Assembly: GCA_048939015.1 (NCBI GenBank)
Contig: JBHLPW010000001.1
Coordinates: 102,655 to 166,654, forward strand
Direction of reading: 5' to 3'
Length of the DNA: 64,000 nt
DNA from: Promethearchaeota archaeon
GTDB lineage: Archaea; Asgardarchaeota; Lokiarchaeia; Sigyniarchaeales; SOKP01
In this document: in pieces, positions 50,691-59,680 of the stretch
How the letters are laid out: each line of letters begins with the position of its first letter
Position numbering within the stretch: the first letter of the stretch is position 1
The notes under the pieces: generated by a model
Told to the model about the DNA's origin: nothing
Databases searched by the model: none
The model's input: only the letters and a program-made list of their open reading frames with translations
Position numbers and translations under genes: made by a program

Positions 50691-51836
50691 ATTTCAGTCA
50701 ACGGGGATTTTAGAAAAAATAGAGCAATAGTTATAGATAATGGAACGGGAATTTCAAAAAATGGATTTGGAGGAGAGGATCAACCTCGTTCAGTATTCCC
50801 TACGGTCATTGGAAAACCAAAATATGGAAATATCATGCCTGATGTAAAGGATTATAGCCGAGAGTGGTATATCGGTGAGGAAGCTATGGAGTTGAAAGGA
50901 ATCATGAACTTACAGTTTCCAATTGAACATGGTGTTGTTGAAGATTGGCCCGCAATGGAAAGAATATACCACTATACATTTTATACTGATCTAAGGGTTG
51001 ATCCTTCAGAATTCCCAGTATTATTAACAGAAGCTCCTCTAAATCCGAGATCGAATAGAGAAAAAATGTCAGAAATAATGTTCGAAACATTTAATGTTCC
51101 TGCTCTTTATATTGCAACCCAAGCAGTCTTATCACTTTATTCTTCTGGTCGAACTACCGGATGTGTAGTAGATATTGGGGATGGAGTTGCACATATTGTA
51201 CCTATTTTTGAGGGATTTGCATTAAGTCATGCGATTCAACGAATAGATCTTGCAGGAAGAGATGTTACAACATATCTACAGAGACTATTACGTCAGAATG
51301 GATATTCTTTTTATACATCTGCAGAAAAGCAGATTGTAAGAGATATAAAAGAAAAACTTTGTTATGTTGCTATTGATCCAGAAAAAGAAATTTTACTTTC
51401 AAATAAGGTAGCAGGGATGGCTAAGAATTATATGCTTCCTGATGGCGAAACTGTTACAATTGGAGTTGAAAGATTTTTAGCTCCAGAATGTTTGTTTAAT
51501 CCTTCTGTAGTCGGGAAAGAATTAGCTCCTTTAGATGATGTTGTAGTTGGGTCAATATCTGAATGTGATGTTGATTTACGAAGAGAACTTTATAGTAATA
51601 TTGTCCTTTCAGGAGGCTCTACAATGTTTCCTGGTATTAAAGAGAGATTAACGCGAGAAATAAAAGAACAGATTCCTGAATCCATTGATGTAAAAATAAT
51701 AGCTCCACCTGAAAGAATGTATTCAGTATGGATTGGTGGATCTATTTTAAGCTCTCTAAAGACATTTGATAGAATGTGGGTTTCGAGGAGAGATTACAAG
51801 GAAATGGGTCCTCAAGTGATACATCGGTGTTTTTAA
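50691..51836 (+). CDS. Actin (lokiactin-like), probable ATT start
   Basis: IDNGTG, EAPLNP, GRTTG..VDIGDG, LPDG, SGGSTMFPG, SVWIGGSIL, C-terminal HRCF; GAGGTG SD at 50677-50682, 8 nt before ATT 50691. Confidence 0.95.
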   Translation: MSVNGDFRKNRAIVIDNGTGISKNGFGGEDQPRSVFPTVIGKPKYGNIMPDVKDYSREWYIGEEAMELKGIMNLQFPIEHGVVEDWPAMERIYHYTFYTDLRVDPSEFPVLLTEAPLNPRSNREKMSEIMFETFNVPALYIATQAVLSLYSSGRTTGCVVDIGDGVAHIVPIFEGFALSHAIQRIDLAGRDVTTYLQRLLRQNGYSFYTSAEKQIVRDIKEKLCYVAIDPEKEILLSNKVAGMAKNYMLPDGETVTIGVERFLAPECLFNPSVVGKELAPLDDVVVGSISECDVDLRRELYSNIVLSGGSTMFPGIKERLTREIKEQIPESIDVKIIAPPERMYSVWIGGSILSSLKTFDRMWVSRRDYKEMGPQVIHRCF

Positions 51837-51869
51837 ATGGTTTTGAAAAGAATTAATTATAAAGGGTGA

Positions 51870-52070
51870 ATAACAGTAAAAATAGAAATAATAGATGGTA
51901 TACCTTGCATTACGCTAGATGAAGGTATAATTTTATCTCAAAAAGATTTGAAAAGAAAATCAAATAAAATAATAATGCCAGAATTTTTCACAGAAATACA
52001 AGAATCTAAAGAAAAACAATATTATGATAAAGTATTGGATGAAATTAAAAAGAAATTTGGTGAAAAATAG
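51870..52070 (+). CDS. Small hypothetical protein (about 62-66 aa) between actin and the profilin-TrmB gene; non-AUG start
   Basis: GGGTGA SD at 51864-51869, then open frame ITVKIEIIDGIPCITLDEG...KKKFGEK*; exact start uncertain. Confidence 0.55.
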   Translation: MTVKIEIIDGIPCITLDEGIILSQKDLKRKSNKIIMPEFFTEIQESKEKQYYDKVLDEIKKKFGEK

Positions 52071-52126
52071 GCACAAAATCATTTTTTTTGTTAATTTAAT
52101 TATAAATGAAAGGTTGATTATAAATT

Positions 52127-53365
52127 ATGGAAAAAGTGACAGAAGTTCTAGATGAGTTAATAAAATCTGAATCAAAGACTATAGCAGCAGCAATAATTGA
52201 AGGAGAAAAAAAAATAGAATATTCAACTGAGAATTGGGATATTAGTGGCGACATTGATGAGATCAACTCAGTTTGGAAATCTAAAGAAAAAGGTACTCTG
52301 ATAATCTCAGATATTAAATATATAATTATCCAACGTACTCCTGAAAGATTAGTTGGGGTAGATCCTAATGAAAAAGGAGGAATTTTGGGATTTAAAGATG
52401 ATGAGAGGAAAATTATCTGTAAGATTGCTCCTGATGGATTAATGCGTCTTGGAATGATGGAAGCATCAAAAACTTTAAGTAAGTTAAGTTCAAAAAAACC
52501 ATATATGGATCTTGATACTCCATTAGGCAAAGTAGAAGAATTAAAGTGGGCAACTCCTAGAATACTTCTTGATGATACAAACAATTTGCAAGAGCTTGGG
52601 TTATTAAAATTCGGATTAAGTATTGAGGAAGCTAAGGTATATTTAGCATTATTAGAAAGTGGGAAAGAGGGAGCTAAAGTTGGTGAGTTGAATGAGGCTC
52701 TCTCTATTAAACGAACTACAATATATCGGATAATTGATCGTTTGATTAGTAAAGGTTGGATATTTAAATTACCATTGGTACCTAAGAGTGCTCAAGAATT
52801 TATTGCTAGACCCTTAAATGATATATTTGATGAAAGAATTCAGGAAAAAGAAGAAGAACTTAAGATTTTAAAGAGTTTTCGTTATATCATGGGTGAAACT
52901 CTTGAGAACGGATGGATAGATATCTCCCAAATAAAGAAAGAATTTCATCTATATAGTGAAAATTCATTTGATTTTAATTCTCTTGGAATTACTGGTAAAG
53001 AAAAGGATTGTGGTCTTATTATTTTTGAATATGATAAAAAAGTAGAGGAGGAAGTCATAATTAGAGCGGCATTGCAACTTTCTTTAGAAAAAATGAGAGA
53101 ACCAATACATCCTGATCTTAATATAAAAGAATTTACAATTCCCGATTTGGAAGACATTAAAATTGAGGATACAAAAATTCAAGACTACTTAGGTATGACA
53201 ATGTTTTTCAAGTTTAAAGATGGAACCAATACGGGAAATAATCTTGGATTAGATTGGATTGTAGCAGCTAGACATGTAGCTGTTCCTATTGATAATAAAA
53301 TTTATGTAGTATGGGGTTCTGAAGAGCAATTTCCAATTATATTGAGTATTATTTTAAAAATTTAA
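52127..53365 (+). CDS. Profilin-like domain fused to a TrmB-like HTH regulator
   Basis: aa 1-~125 AAAIIEG...STENWDISGD...IKYIIIQRTPERLVG...GGILG resembles Asgard profilins; aa ~155-230 FGLSIEEAKVYLAL...IKRTTIYRIIDRL; C-terminal domain with CGLIIFEY. Confidence 0.78.
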   Translation: MEKVTEVLDELIKSESKTIAAAIIEGEKKIEYSTENWDISGDIDEINSVWKSKEKGTLIISDIKYIIIQRTPERLVGVDPNEKGGILGFKDDERKIICKIAPDGLMRLGMMEASKTLSKLSSKKPYMDLDTPLGKVEELKWATPRILLDDTNNLQELGLLKFGLSIEEAKVYLALLESGKEGAKVGELNEALSIKRTTIYRIIDRLISKGWIFKLPLVPKSAQEFIARPLNDIFDERIQEKEEELKILKSFRYIMGETLENGWIDISQIKKEFHLYSENSFDFNSLGITGKEKDCGLIIFEYDKKVEEEVIIRAALQLSLEKMREPIHPDLNIKEFTIPDLEDIKIEDTKIQDYLGMTMFFKFKDGTNTGNNLGLDWIVAARHVAVPIDNKIYVVWGSEEQFPIILSIILKI

Positions 53366-53375
53366 GGTTTTTATT

Positions 53376-53930
53376 ATGACTGCGCAAATACCTGATGAAT
53401 TTATAATAAATGGCGAAATTTTTTCATTAGTAGGTTTAAAAGGTCAAGGATTATATAAACCTGAGGATTTTGGAATAAAACCTTTATTTAATTGCACTGC
53501 TTGTTGGCGAGGCTTTGTTATGAAATATATATTCATGGATAATAAATTATTCCTTAATGAATTACTTGTAAATGCTACTAATCTGCCAAAAATCAATAAT
53601 CTCAGCCCTGAAAACGGTAATGGGTTATTTAAATATCATTATAAAAATTTAAAGCTACAAACCAATTTTACTGGCAAAGTTCTTCTTGCAAAAGATTTTA
53701 TACAATCTATGTATGTTCACATGGGTTTTCAGAGACCAATGGCATTTAAGACGGTTATTGAAATTGAACTTAAACATGGAGAAATCATTAAATTGAAAGA
53801 TCTCTCTAAATGGATCGAGGAAAAAAGGAAAATTGATGTTAATAAAGGTGCAAAACCCGAAACTGACTCAAAGGAAGACATTGAGAGATGGGTCAAGCAA
53901 ACTTTTTCGCTTGATTATGATTTAAAGTAA
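53376..53930 (+). CDS. Conserved hypothetical protein (CTACWRG motif)
   Basis: MTAQIPD...CTACWRG...YVHMGF. Confidence 0.75.
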   Translation: MTAQIPDEFIINGEIFSLVGLKGQGLYKPEDFGIKPLFNCTACWRGFVMKYIFMDNKLFLNELLVNATNLPKINNLSPENGNGLFKYHYKNLKLQTNFTGKVLLAKDFIQSMYVHMGFQRPMAFKTVIEIELKHGEIIKLKDLSKWIEEKRKIDVNKGAKPETDSKEDIERWVKQTFSLDYDLK

Positions 53931-54041
53931 GAATGTGTATTACTATTACTCATAAGCATTTTTATTTTAATTTTCACAATTCTTCTTATATATAAAAATT
54001 GGAGAAAAATTTTTTATTAGATACAAAAAGTAGTAATTCTG

Positions 54042-54590
54042 ATGGAAGAATGGCTAAATTCAAAGGGAGAAAGTATACTTAGAGAATATGGTATTAAAAG
54101 TGGACAATTTTTATTAGATTTTGGATGTGGATCAGGTGTATATTCTTTAATTGCTTCAAAAATTGTTGGAGATAAAGGTAAAATTTATGCTCTTGATTAT
54201 GATGAGGATCCTCTAAAGGAGTTATTTGATAAAATTCAAAATCAAAATATTAATAATATTGAAATTATAAAAACTTCGAAAAAAATATCGATTCCCTTGA
54301 ACTCTAATTCTCTTGATATAATATTAATGTATGATGTTTATCATTTACTTGATAATGATGATCGAATCAAGTTATTGAACGAAATATATAGGATTTTAAA
54401 ATTAAATTATGGCATTCTCTCTTATTTTGCTACTCATATAGGTTCTTATGGAATTAATTTGATTAAAGTCCAAGAACAAGTAAAACAGACTGGTTTTGAA
54501 TTAGTCGAGCAATTTAAACGCCCAATGTTTCATTGGAATTGGATTGAGGAAGGTACTATTTTGAATTATAGAAAAGTAGAAAAAAAATGA
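54042..54590 (+). CDS. Class I SAM methyltransferase
   Basis: LLDFGCGSG; YDVYH. Confidence 0.88.
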   Translation: MEEWLNSKGESILREYGIKSGQFLLDFGCGSGVYSLIASKIVGDKGKIYALDYDEDPLKELFDKIQNQNINNIEIIKTSKKISIPLNSNSLDIILMYDVYHLLDNDDRIKLLNEIYRILKLNYGILSYFATHIGSYGINLIKVQEQVKQTGFELVEQFKRPMFHWNWIEEGTILNYRKVEKK

Positions 54591-54630
54591 TTAAATCTTC
54601 CTAAAGTAAAAATCTCGATGCTAAAGGATT

Positions 54631-55098
54631 TCATTCAAAAATTTTAATTTCAGGATGTTTTTTTGCTTCCTCAAGTATCGATCCTTTTGCGATGAATCCA
54701 ATTGCCAAATGACTACCTCTTCCAGAAAGTAAAATATCATTTTTATTAATACTAAAAGCGTTTAAAGTTCTTTCCGGCATAATTATACTTATATCTTCTT
54801 GGATCTTTAACCAACAATATTTTTTATTTTTAATTTCAACAATTTCACCTTCAGGTGTTTTATAATTAGCTAATGAAGGATTTTTTTCCATGGTTTCATT
54901 CATAATTGAATTTCTTAAAATTCTTATGGAACTTAATCCAAATCCACCTGAAGTTTTACTGCCTGAAAATAGGATGACAGATTTATCAAGTGATAAGTTA
55001 TACTCTTGAAAAGCTTCGGGAGGAATTTTAATTTTACCTTGATTTCCTACTTTTGACCATCCAAACACATACTTTCCGCCCTTTGCAATCTGTGGCAT
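54631..55098 (-). CDS. Hypothetical protein with duplicated AbrB-like repeats
   Basis: SKVGNQGKIKIPPEAFQEY and SIIMPERTLNAF repeats. Confidence 0.65.
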   Translation of the reverse strand: MPQIAKGGKYVFGWSKVGNQGKIKIPPEAFQEYNLSLDKSVILFSGSKTSGGFGLSSIRILRNSIMNETMEKNPSLANYKTPEGEIVEIKNKKYCWLKIQEDISIIMPERTLNAFSINKNDILLSGRGSHLAIGFIAKGSILEEAKKHPEIKIFE

Positions 55099-55116
55099 TA
55101 TTTCTTTCCTTATTTT

Positions 55117-55821
55117 TTAGTACGTTTTATTATATACCTTGATATCAAAAAGATCGGTTTTTAATTCGTAATTATTTTTTAGATTTGATTGGTCTAATAT
55201 TTGCGTCAATTCTTTCGGTGTATATCCCGCATTAATCGAAGTCTTCCAGCCAATTCTCATAAATTTAGGTATAAACAATTTTACTATATGAAAAATTACT
55301 TTTGCTCCTAGTCCAATATCTCGACGACCATCAGAAATACAAAAAACTCCATGTGATTTCAAAACTCTAGAAATCTCGTTAAATATTTTTATAGGATTCT
55401 CCCAATGATGAAGGGTACCATTTCCAAAAACTAAATCAAATGAATTATCCAGAAATTGATACATATATTCAGCATTTCCATGAACATAAGAAATTTGCTG
55501 ATCGACACCTTCATCCTTTTTATTTTTATTAGCTACACGTATCATATCTTTAGAAAGTTCAAGTCCAATTATTTTTAATGAAGAATTTTGTTTTGCGATC
55601 AAAATTCCAATCCATCCTGGTCCTGGTCCAATCTCTAAAATTTTTGAGCCATCTTTGACATTAAATTTACTAAGTATAAATTTTATTAGACGTCGATATT
55701 CTCCTGCCATTTTTTTACACGCATTACTATATTCTTCTGTTGTGAAATCAATCTGATCTAATATTGCTTCCCCTTCGGGGATTCTTTCAATAATTTTTTT
55801 ACTTTTACTCATAACTATCAT
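55117..55821 (-). CDS. Class I SAM methyltransferase
   Basis: ILEIGPGPG; LHHWENP; start moved to ATG 55821 because the promoter lies in the extension. Confidence 0.88.
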   Translation of the reverse strand: MIVMSKSKKIIERIPEGEAILDQIDFTTEEYSNACKKMAGEYRRLIKFILSKFNVKDGSKILEIGPGPGWIGILIAKQNSSLKIIGLELSKDMIRVANKNKKDEGVDQQISYVHGNAEYMYQFLDNSFDLVFGNGTLHHWENPIKIFNEISRVLKSHGVFCISDGRRDIGLGAKVIFHIVKLFIPKFMRIGWKTSINAGYTPKELTQILDQSNLKNNYELKTDLFDIKVYNKTY

Positions 55822-55885
55822 TTTATTTGTTTTTTTAAATAATCTAAATATATAAAAACAAGAATCATATTTAAATAAGAGTCTA

Positions 55886-55917
55886 TTGTCGTCCAATCTC
55901 GACAACATATTTATATA
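55886..55917. promoter_or_regulatory. Palindromic operator TTGTC-N10-GACAA between divergent TATA boxes
   Basis: TTGTCG-tccaatct-CGACAA (55886-55905); TTTATATA at 55910-55917; TATTTAAATA at 55868-55877. Confidence 0.65.
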
Positions 55918-55959
55918 TTAAAAAAACTAATTATTTAATATATAATCTATGAATAAAAG

Positions 55960-56871
55960 ATGAAAAATAAGGAAAAAGAAGTATTTAATCAAAATTTACA
56001 AGAGTTTGGTTTGACTGCTGAAGAAGCTATAGTCTATTTAACACTTTTAGAAAGGGGACGTAATGGGGATATGGTTGGAAGATTAAAAAATGATCTTCAA
56101 ATTGCACGCACAACTTTATATGGAATATTAGAAAAACTAAGAGAAAAAGGTTGGATTGAAATAGTAGAAATTAGAAAGCAACCTCGAAGGATGAAATTCA
56201 TAGCTAAAGCCCCCTTGGAAGTTTTAAATAAAACTGTTGAAAATTTAGAACTAAAAGTTAAGACTCTTAAAGAAAAGAGATTGTATATTGGGGATAATCT
56301 AGATAAATTATATCAAGAAAAAAAAGAGTTGACGATTGATACAATTCATCCTGGTTCTCAGAAATACATAAAGCCACTTTTTGCTAAAAAATGGAAAGTA
56401 AAATCAGAAGTTATTGAAACCTCAGAATCTCTAGCTCGAATAGTATATGACTATGAACTAATCGGCTATAAAGAAAGATTTACGCAGGAATGCGGTCTTA
56501 TTATTTTCGAGTATAATTACAGTAGAAATATAGAGAATGATGATAATTTAATTCGAGCCAATTTAAATCTTCTAAAAAGCAAAACAGAATATGAAATAAG
56601 AAATAAAGCTAAAAATAATGAAATACCAGATTTTGAAGATGTAAAACTTGAAGATACTGAATTGGATGGTTTTTTAGGAGCATTTGTATATATTAAATTT
56701 AAAGAAGGTTCAATTGTTAGAAATTTAACTAAAGAAGAATGGGTTTTGATTGGAAAAGAAGCAGCAATTCCTACTAAAAATAAAATATTTCTAATTCATG
56801 GCGAGGATAAAAACTTTCAATTTTTAGAAGATACCATTATTAATACTGAAAATTTTCATCATTTAATATGA
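55960..56871 (+). CDS. TrmB-like HTH regulator (paralog of 17153 and 52127)
   Basis: FGLTAEEAIVYLTL...ARTTLYGILEKL; CGLIIFEY domain. Confidence 0.85.
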   Translation: MKNKEKEVFNQNLQEFGLTAEEAIVYLTLLERGRNGDMVGRLKNDLQIARTTLYGILEKLREKGWIEIVEIRKQPRRMKFIAKAPLEVLNKTVENLELKVKTLKEKRLYIGDNLDKLYQEKKELTIDTIHPGSQKYIKPLFAKKWKVKSEVIETSESLARIVYDYELIGYKERFTQECGLIIFEYNYSRNIENDDNLIRANLNLLKSKTEYEIRNKAKNNEIPDFEDVKLEDTELDGFLGAFVYIKFKEGSIVRNLTKEEWVLIGKEAAIPTKNKIFLIHGEDKNFQFLEDTIINTENFHHLI

Positions 56872-56936
56872 GTTGATAAATAGGAAAAACTAGTAAACTA
56901 ATTCTATCCAATTTTCCGTTTCAAGATAAATTTTTT

Positions 56937-58223
56937 TTACATTATACTTTCCATTTGATTTAGATTAGAAATTAAATTAAGTACAGTTTTTTCTCTATTA
57001 TCTAAAACTTCAAGTGCTATTTTTAATTCCTCAGGATCTTTAATCCATCCTTTTGCATCATCTATACTTTTATGAAAATGATCTGCTAGTCTCTCTAAAA
57101 TCTGTATAAACCAAGGTAATTTCTTTAAAACAGAAAGAGAATCATGCTCTTTTTGATTGAGTATATTAATTAATACTTTTTGCATCTCATTTTCAAATTC
57201 GGTAATGGCTTCTATATATTTTTCTAATTTCAAGCCACATCTTTTCGCAAAAGTGTTATTCATCCACTTTCTTGCTAGTAAACCTAAATCATTTATCTCC
57301 TGATTAAGTTTTTCTGCAAGTACAAGTACATTTTGGAAATTTTCACTAATCTCTGAAATAAAAAATTTTAAGTCAGCTTCACTTTGTATTTTTTTCTCTT
57401 TAACTGAGTTCTGTTTCTCTGTTGGATTAATAAAACCTAATTTTAATAAAGGGGAAAATGGTTCGGCTATTTGACCGTGATATTCCTTTGCATATACAAT
57501 AGTGTATGCCCATCCTGCCGCACAATGATCTGCTGGCATTAATCCATCATAACCTGGGTTGATTCCTTGATTTTTGAATTCTTCCTCAGTCATACCATAT
57601 TTTGGTGCTAAAATATGACTATATTCTTGTAGTCCCGGTGTGTCAATCATTCCAGGTCCAAACACGAAGACTGAAATATTGGTGCCATCTAATTCTGAAG
57701 CAAGCGATTCTCCTATTGATTTCAATGCTGTTTTAGTCGCAAAATAGGGCGCCATATATGGCCATCCTTCTGCAGAGGTTACGGTATTTATAACACCGTT
57801 ATTTTGCTTAATCATATAAGGTAGAAAAGTTTTAATGGCATGAATAGCCCCACGAATGTTAACATTATACACTTTATCCCAATCTTCCATGACTATTTCA
57901 TTAATACTACCTGTTGATGTTGTATATGCATTATTAATTAGAATATTTACTTTTCCAAATCTTTGAATAACAATCTTCTCTAAGTTTTTAATATCATCTT
58001 CTTTAGAAACATCTGTTTTCACGAATAACGCATCTCCACCTTCTGAGGAGATTAAATCTTCAACCTCTTTTCCATAATCATTTATTTCGGCGATAATTAC
58101 TTTTGCTCCTAACCAAGCTAAAGCTCTTGCGAGTTCTTTACCAATACCTCTGCCTGCACCAGTAATAATAGCAACTTTATTTTCAAGTTCATTTTTAGAC
58201 AAACCTAATTTTTCAATAAACAT
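56937..58223 (-). CDS. SDR oxidoreductase with long helical C-terminal extension
   Basis: TGAGRGIG, INNA, YFATK; about 150 aa helical tail. Confidence 0.88.
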   Translation of the reverse strand: MFIEKLGLSKNELENKVAIITGAGRGIGKELARALAWLGAKVIIAEINDYGKEVEDLISSEGGDALFVKTDVSKEDDIKNLEKIVIQRFGKVNILINNAYTTSTGSINEIVMEDWDKVYNVNIRGAIHAIKTFLPYMIKQNNGVINTVTSAEGWPYMAPYFATKTALKSIGESLASELDGTNISVFVFGPGMIDTPGLQEYSHILAPKYGMTEEEFKNQGINPGYDGLMPADHCAAGWAYTIVYAKEYHGQIAEPFSPLLKLGFINPTEKQNSVKEKKIQSEADLKFFISEISENFQNVLVLAEKLNQEINDLGLLARKWMNNTFAKRCGLKLEKYIEAITEFENEMQKVLINILNQKEHDSLSVLKKLPWFIQILERLADHFHKSIDDAKGWIKDPEELKIALEVLDNREKTVLNLISNLNQMESIM

Positions 58224-58266
58224 TTGATAAACACCAATTTTTTATACTTAAGATTAAATAATTAAT

Positions 58267-58316
58267 ATGACTATATAAATGCTTTGGTCAATGAGTCATT
58301 CAGTCATTTAGTCATA
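58267..58316. promoter_or_regulatory. AGTCAT half-site array in divergent SDR/TetR promoter
   Basis: Three AGTCAT copies at 8-bp period (58294-58315) plus an inverted ATGACT at 58267. Confidence 0.6.
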
Positions 58317-58351
58317 AATTTTTAAATCAAAAAATCTTTAGTATTATTATA

Positions 58352-58978
58352 ATGCCTAAAGCATTTAGCACAGAAGAGAAAAAAATTATTAAAAATAATA
58401 TAATTGAAAAAGGTACTGAATTTTTCGGTACTTATGGATTAAAGAAAACAAATATTGAAGATATAACTAATGCTGTAGGAATTGCAAAAGGTTCTTTCTA
58501 TTCATTCTATAATTCCAAAGAAGAATTATTTTTGGATGTTCTAGGACAAGCAGAAAAAGAGATAATAAAAAAGGTAACGCATTTGTTAAAAAAAATGAAG
58601 AAAGATCCTAAGGGAACCTTTAAAGAATTTATACTCTTTCATATTAATGCTCCAAAAGAAAATCCAATCATACAACAAATAGCCAATAAAAAAGTAAGAG
58701 ATTACCTTATTAGAAAACTACATAATAATCCAAAACTAGAACAAAAGCTCCAAACCTATGAATATCTACCACAATTTATTGAAATGTGGCAAAAACAGGG
58801 ATTAGTGATAAATAAAGATCCCGAAATTCTAGCAGGTATATTGAAATCTATATTTACAATTGGTTTAGATGATGAGACAATAGAATATATTGGTAGAAAA
58901 AAATTTCCTGAAATTATTGAAAATCTAATACATATAATTGTTGAGTATATGATTATTTCTGATTCTGATAAGAAATAG
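58352..58978 (+). CDS. TetR/AcrR family regulator
   Basis: GLKKTNIEDITNAVGIAKGSFYSFYNSKEEL. Confidence 0.92.
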   Translation: MPKAFSTEEKKIIKNNIIEKGTEFFGTYGLKKTNIEDITNAVGIAKGSFYSFYNSKEELFLDVLGQAEKEIIKKVTHLLKKMKKDPKGTFKEFILFHINAPKENPIIQQIANKKVRDYLIRKLHNNPKLEQKLQTYEYLPQFIEMWQKQGLVINKDPEILAGILKSIFTIGLDDETIEYIGRKKFPEIIENLIHIIVEYMIISDSDKK

Positions 58979-59072
58979 AGCTTTTTTGATTTTTGAGGAA
59001 TTTAATAGTAACCATTTTTAAGAATAATTTTCTACATACTAAAAGATTATATCATGAACTATCATTAAAAAT

Positions 59073-59663
59073 TTAAATCTCATCTTTAATTTCTCTATAA
59101 AAGTCTAAAATTATTTTCTGCCTTTTCTCAGCAATCTTTTTTGAGATATCTAGATATAACCTATCTTTTAATTTGAGTATTTTTTCCTCCAGATGATTTA
59201 TAACATCAACTATATTACCTTTATTCTTAATTGTAAAGCCAATTGTCCTATATAAACCAATAGCACCAAGAGCATCCAATTTATCGGCATCAGACAATAT
59301 TTGTGCTTCAAGAGTCTGCGGATTTGAATTATTTGAGAATGAATGTGAGCTTATAGTATGAATTATATTCTTGAAATCTTCTTGAGAAAGTTCAAAGTTA
59401 TAAGAATTTAAGAATTTTGAAGCAATTTCAGATGACAACTCAGCATGATTCTTATTAGAAGTTTTTATTCTTTTATTATTTCTTCCAATATCATGTAATA
59501 GAGCAGCAATTTCTAGTATCAATAAATTAGCACCTAAATTTTTTCCTATATGAAGACATAAATTCAGAATACGCTCAGTATGTAAGAAACCATGAATATC
59601 ATCTTGTTCAGAATTATCAAGAGCAAAATTTCTTACTTTTGATATAAAATTCTTATCTAACAT
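59073..59663 (-). CDS. HD-domain phosphohydrolase
   Basis: HGFLH, LLHDIGR, DADKLDALGAIG. Confidence 0.92.
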   Translation of the reverse strand: MLDKNFISKVRNFALDNSEQDDIHGFLHTERILNLCLHIGKNLGANLLILEIAALLHDIGRNNKRIKTSNKNHAELSSEIASKFLNSYNFELSQEDFKNIIHTISSHSFSNNSNPQTLEAQILSDADKLDALGAIGLYRTIGFTIKNKGNIVDVINHLEEKILKLKDRLYLDISKKIAEKRQKIILDFYREIKDEI

Positions 59664-59680
59664 TAAAGAATAATCTTTTT

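Noticed and set aside
51837-52070. ATG 51837 ORF MVLKRINYKG-TGA-ITVKIE... as a possible Sec read-through
   Set aside because: The TGA is part of a GGGTGA Shine-Dalgarno site, there is no redox-motif context, and no SECIS-like hairpin is visible downstream. A non-AUG start is the simpler reading.
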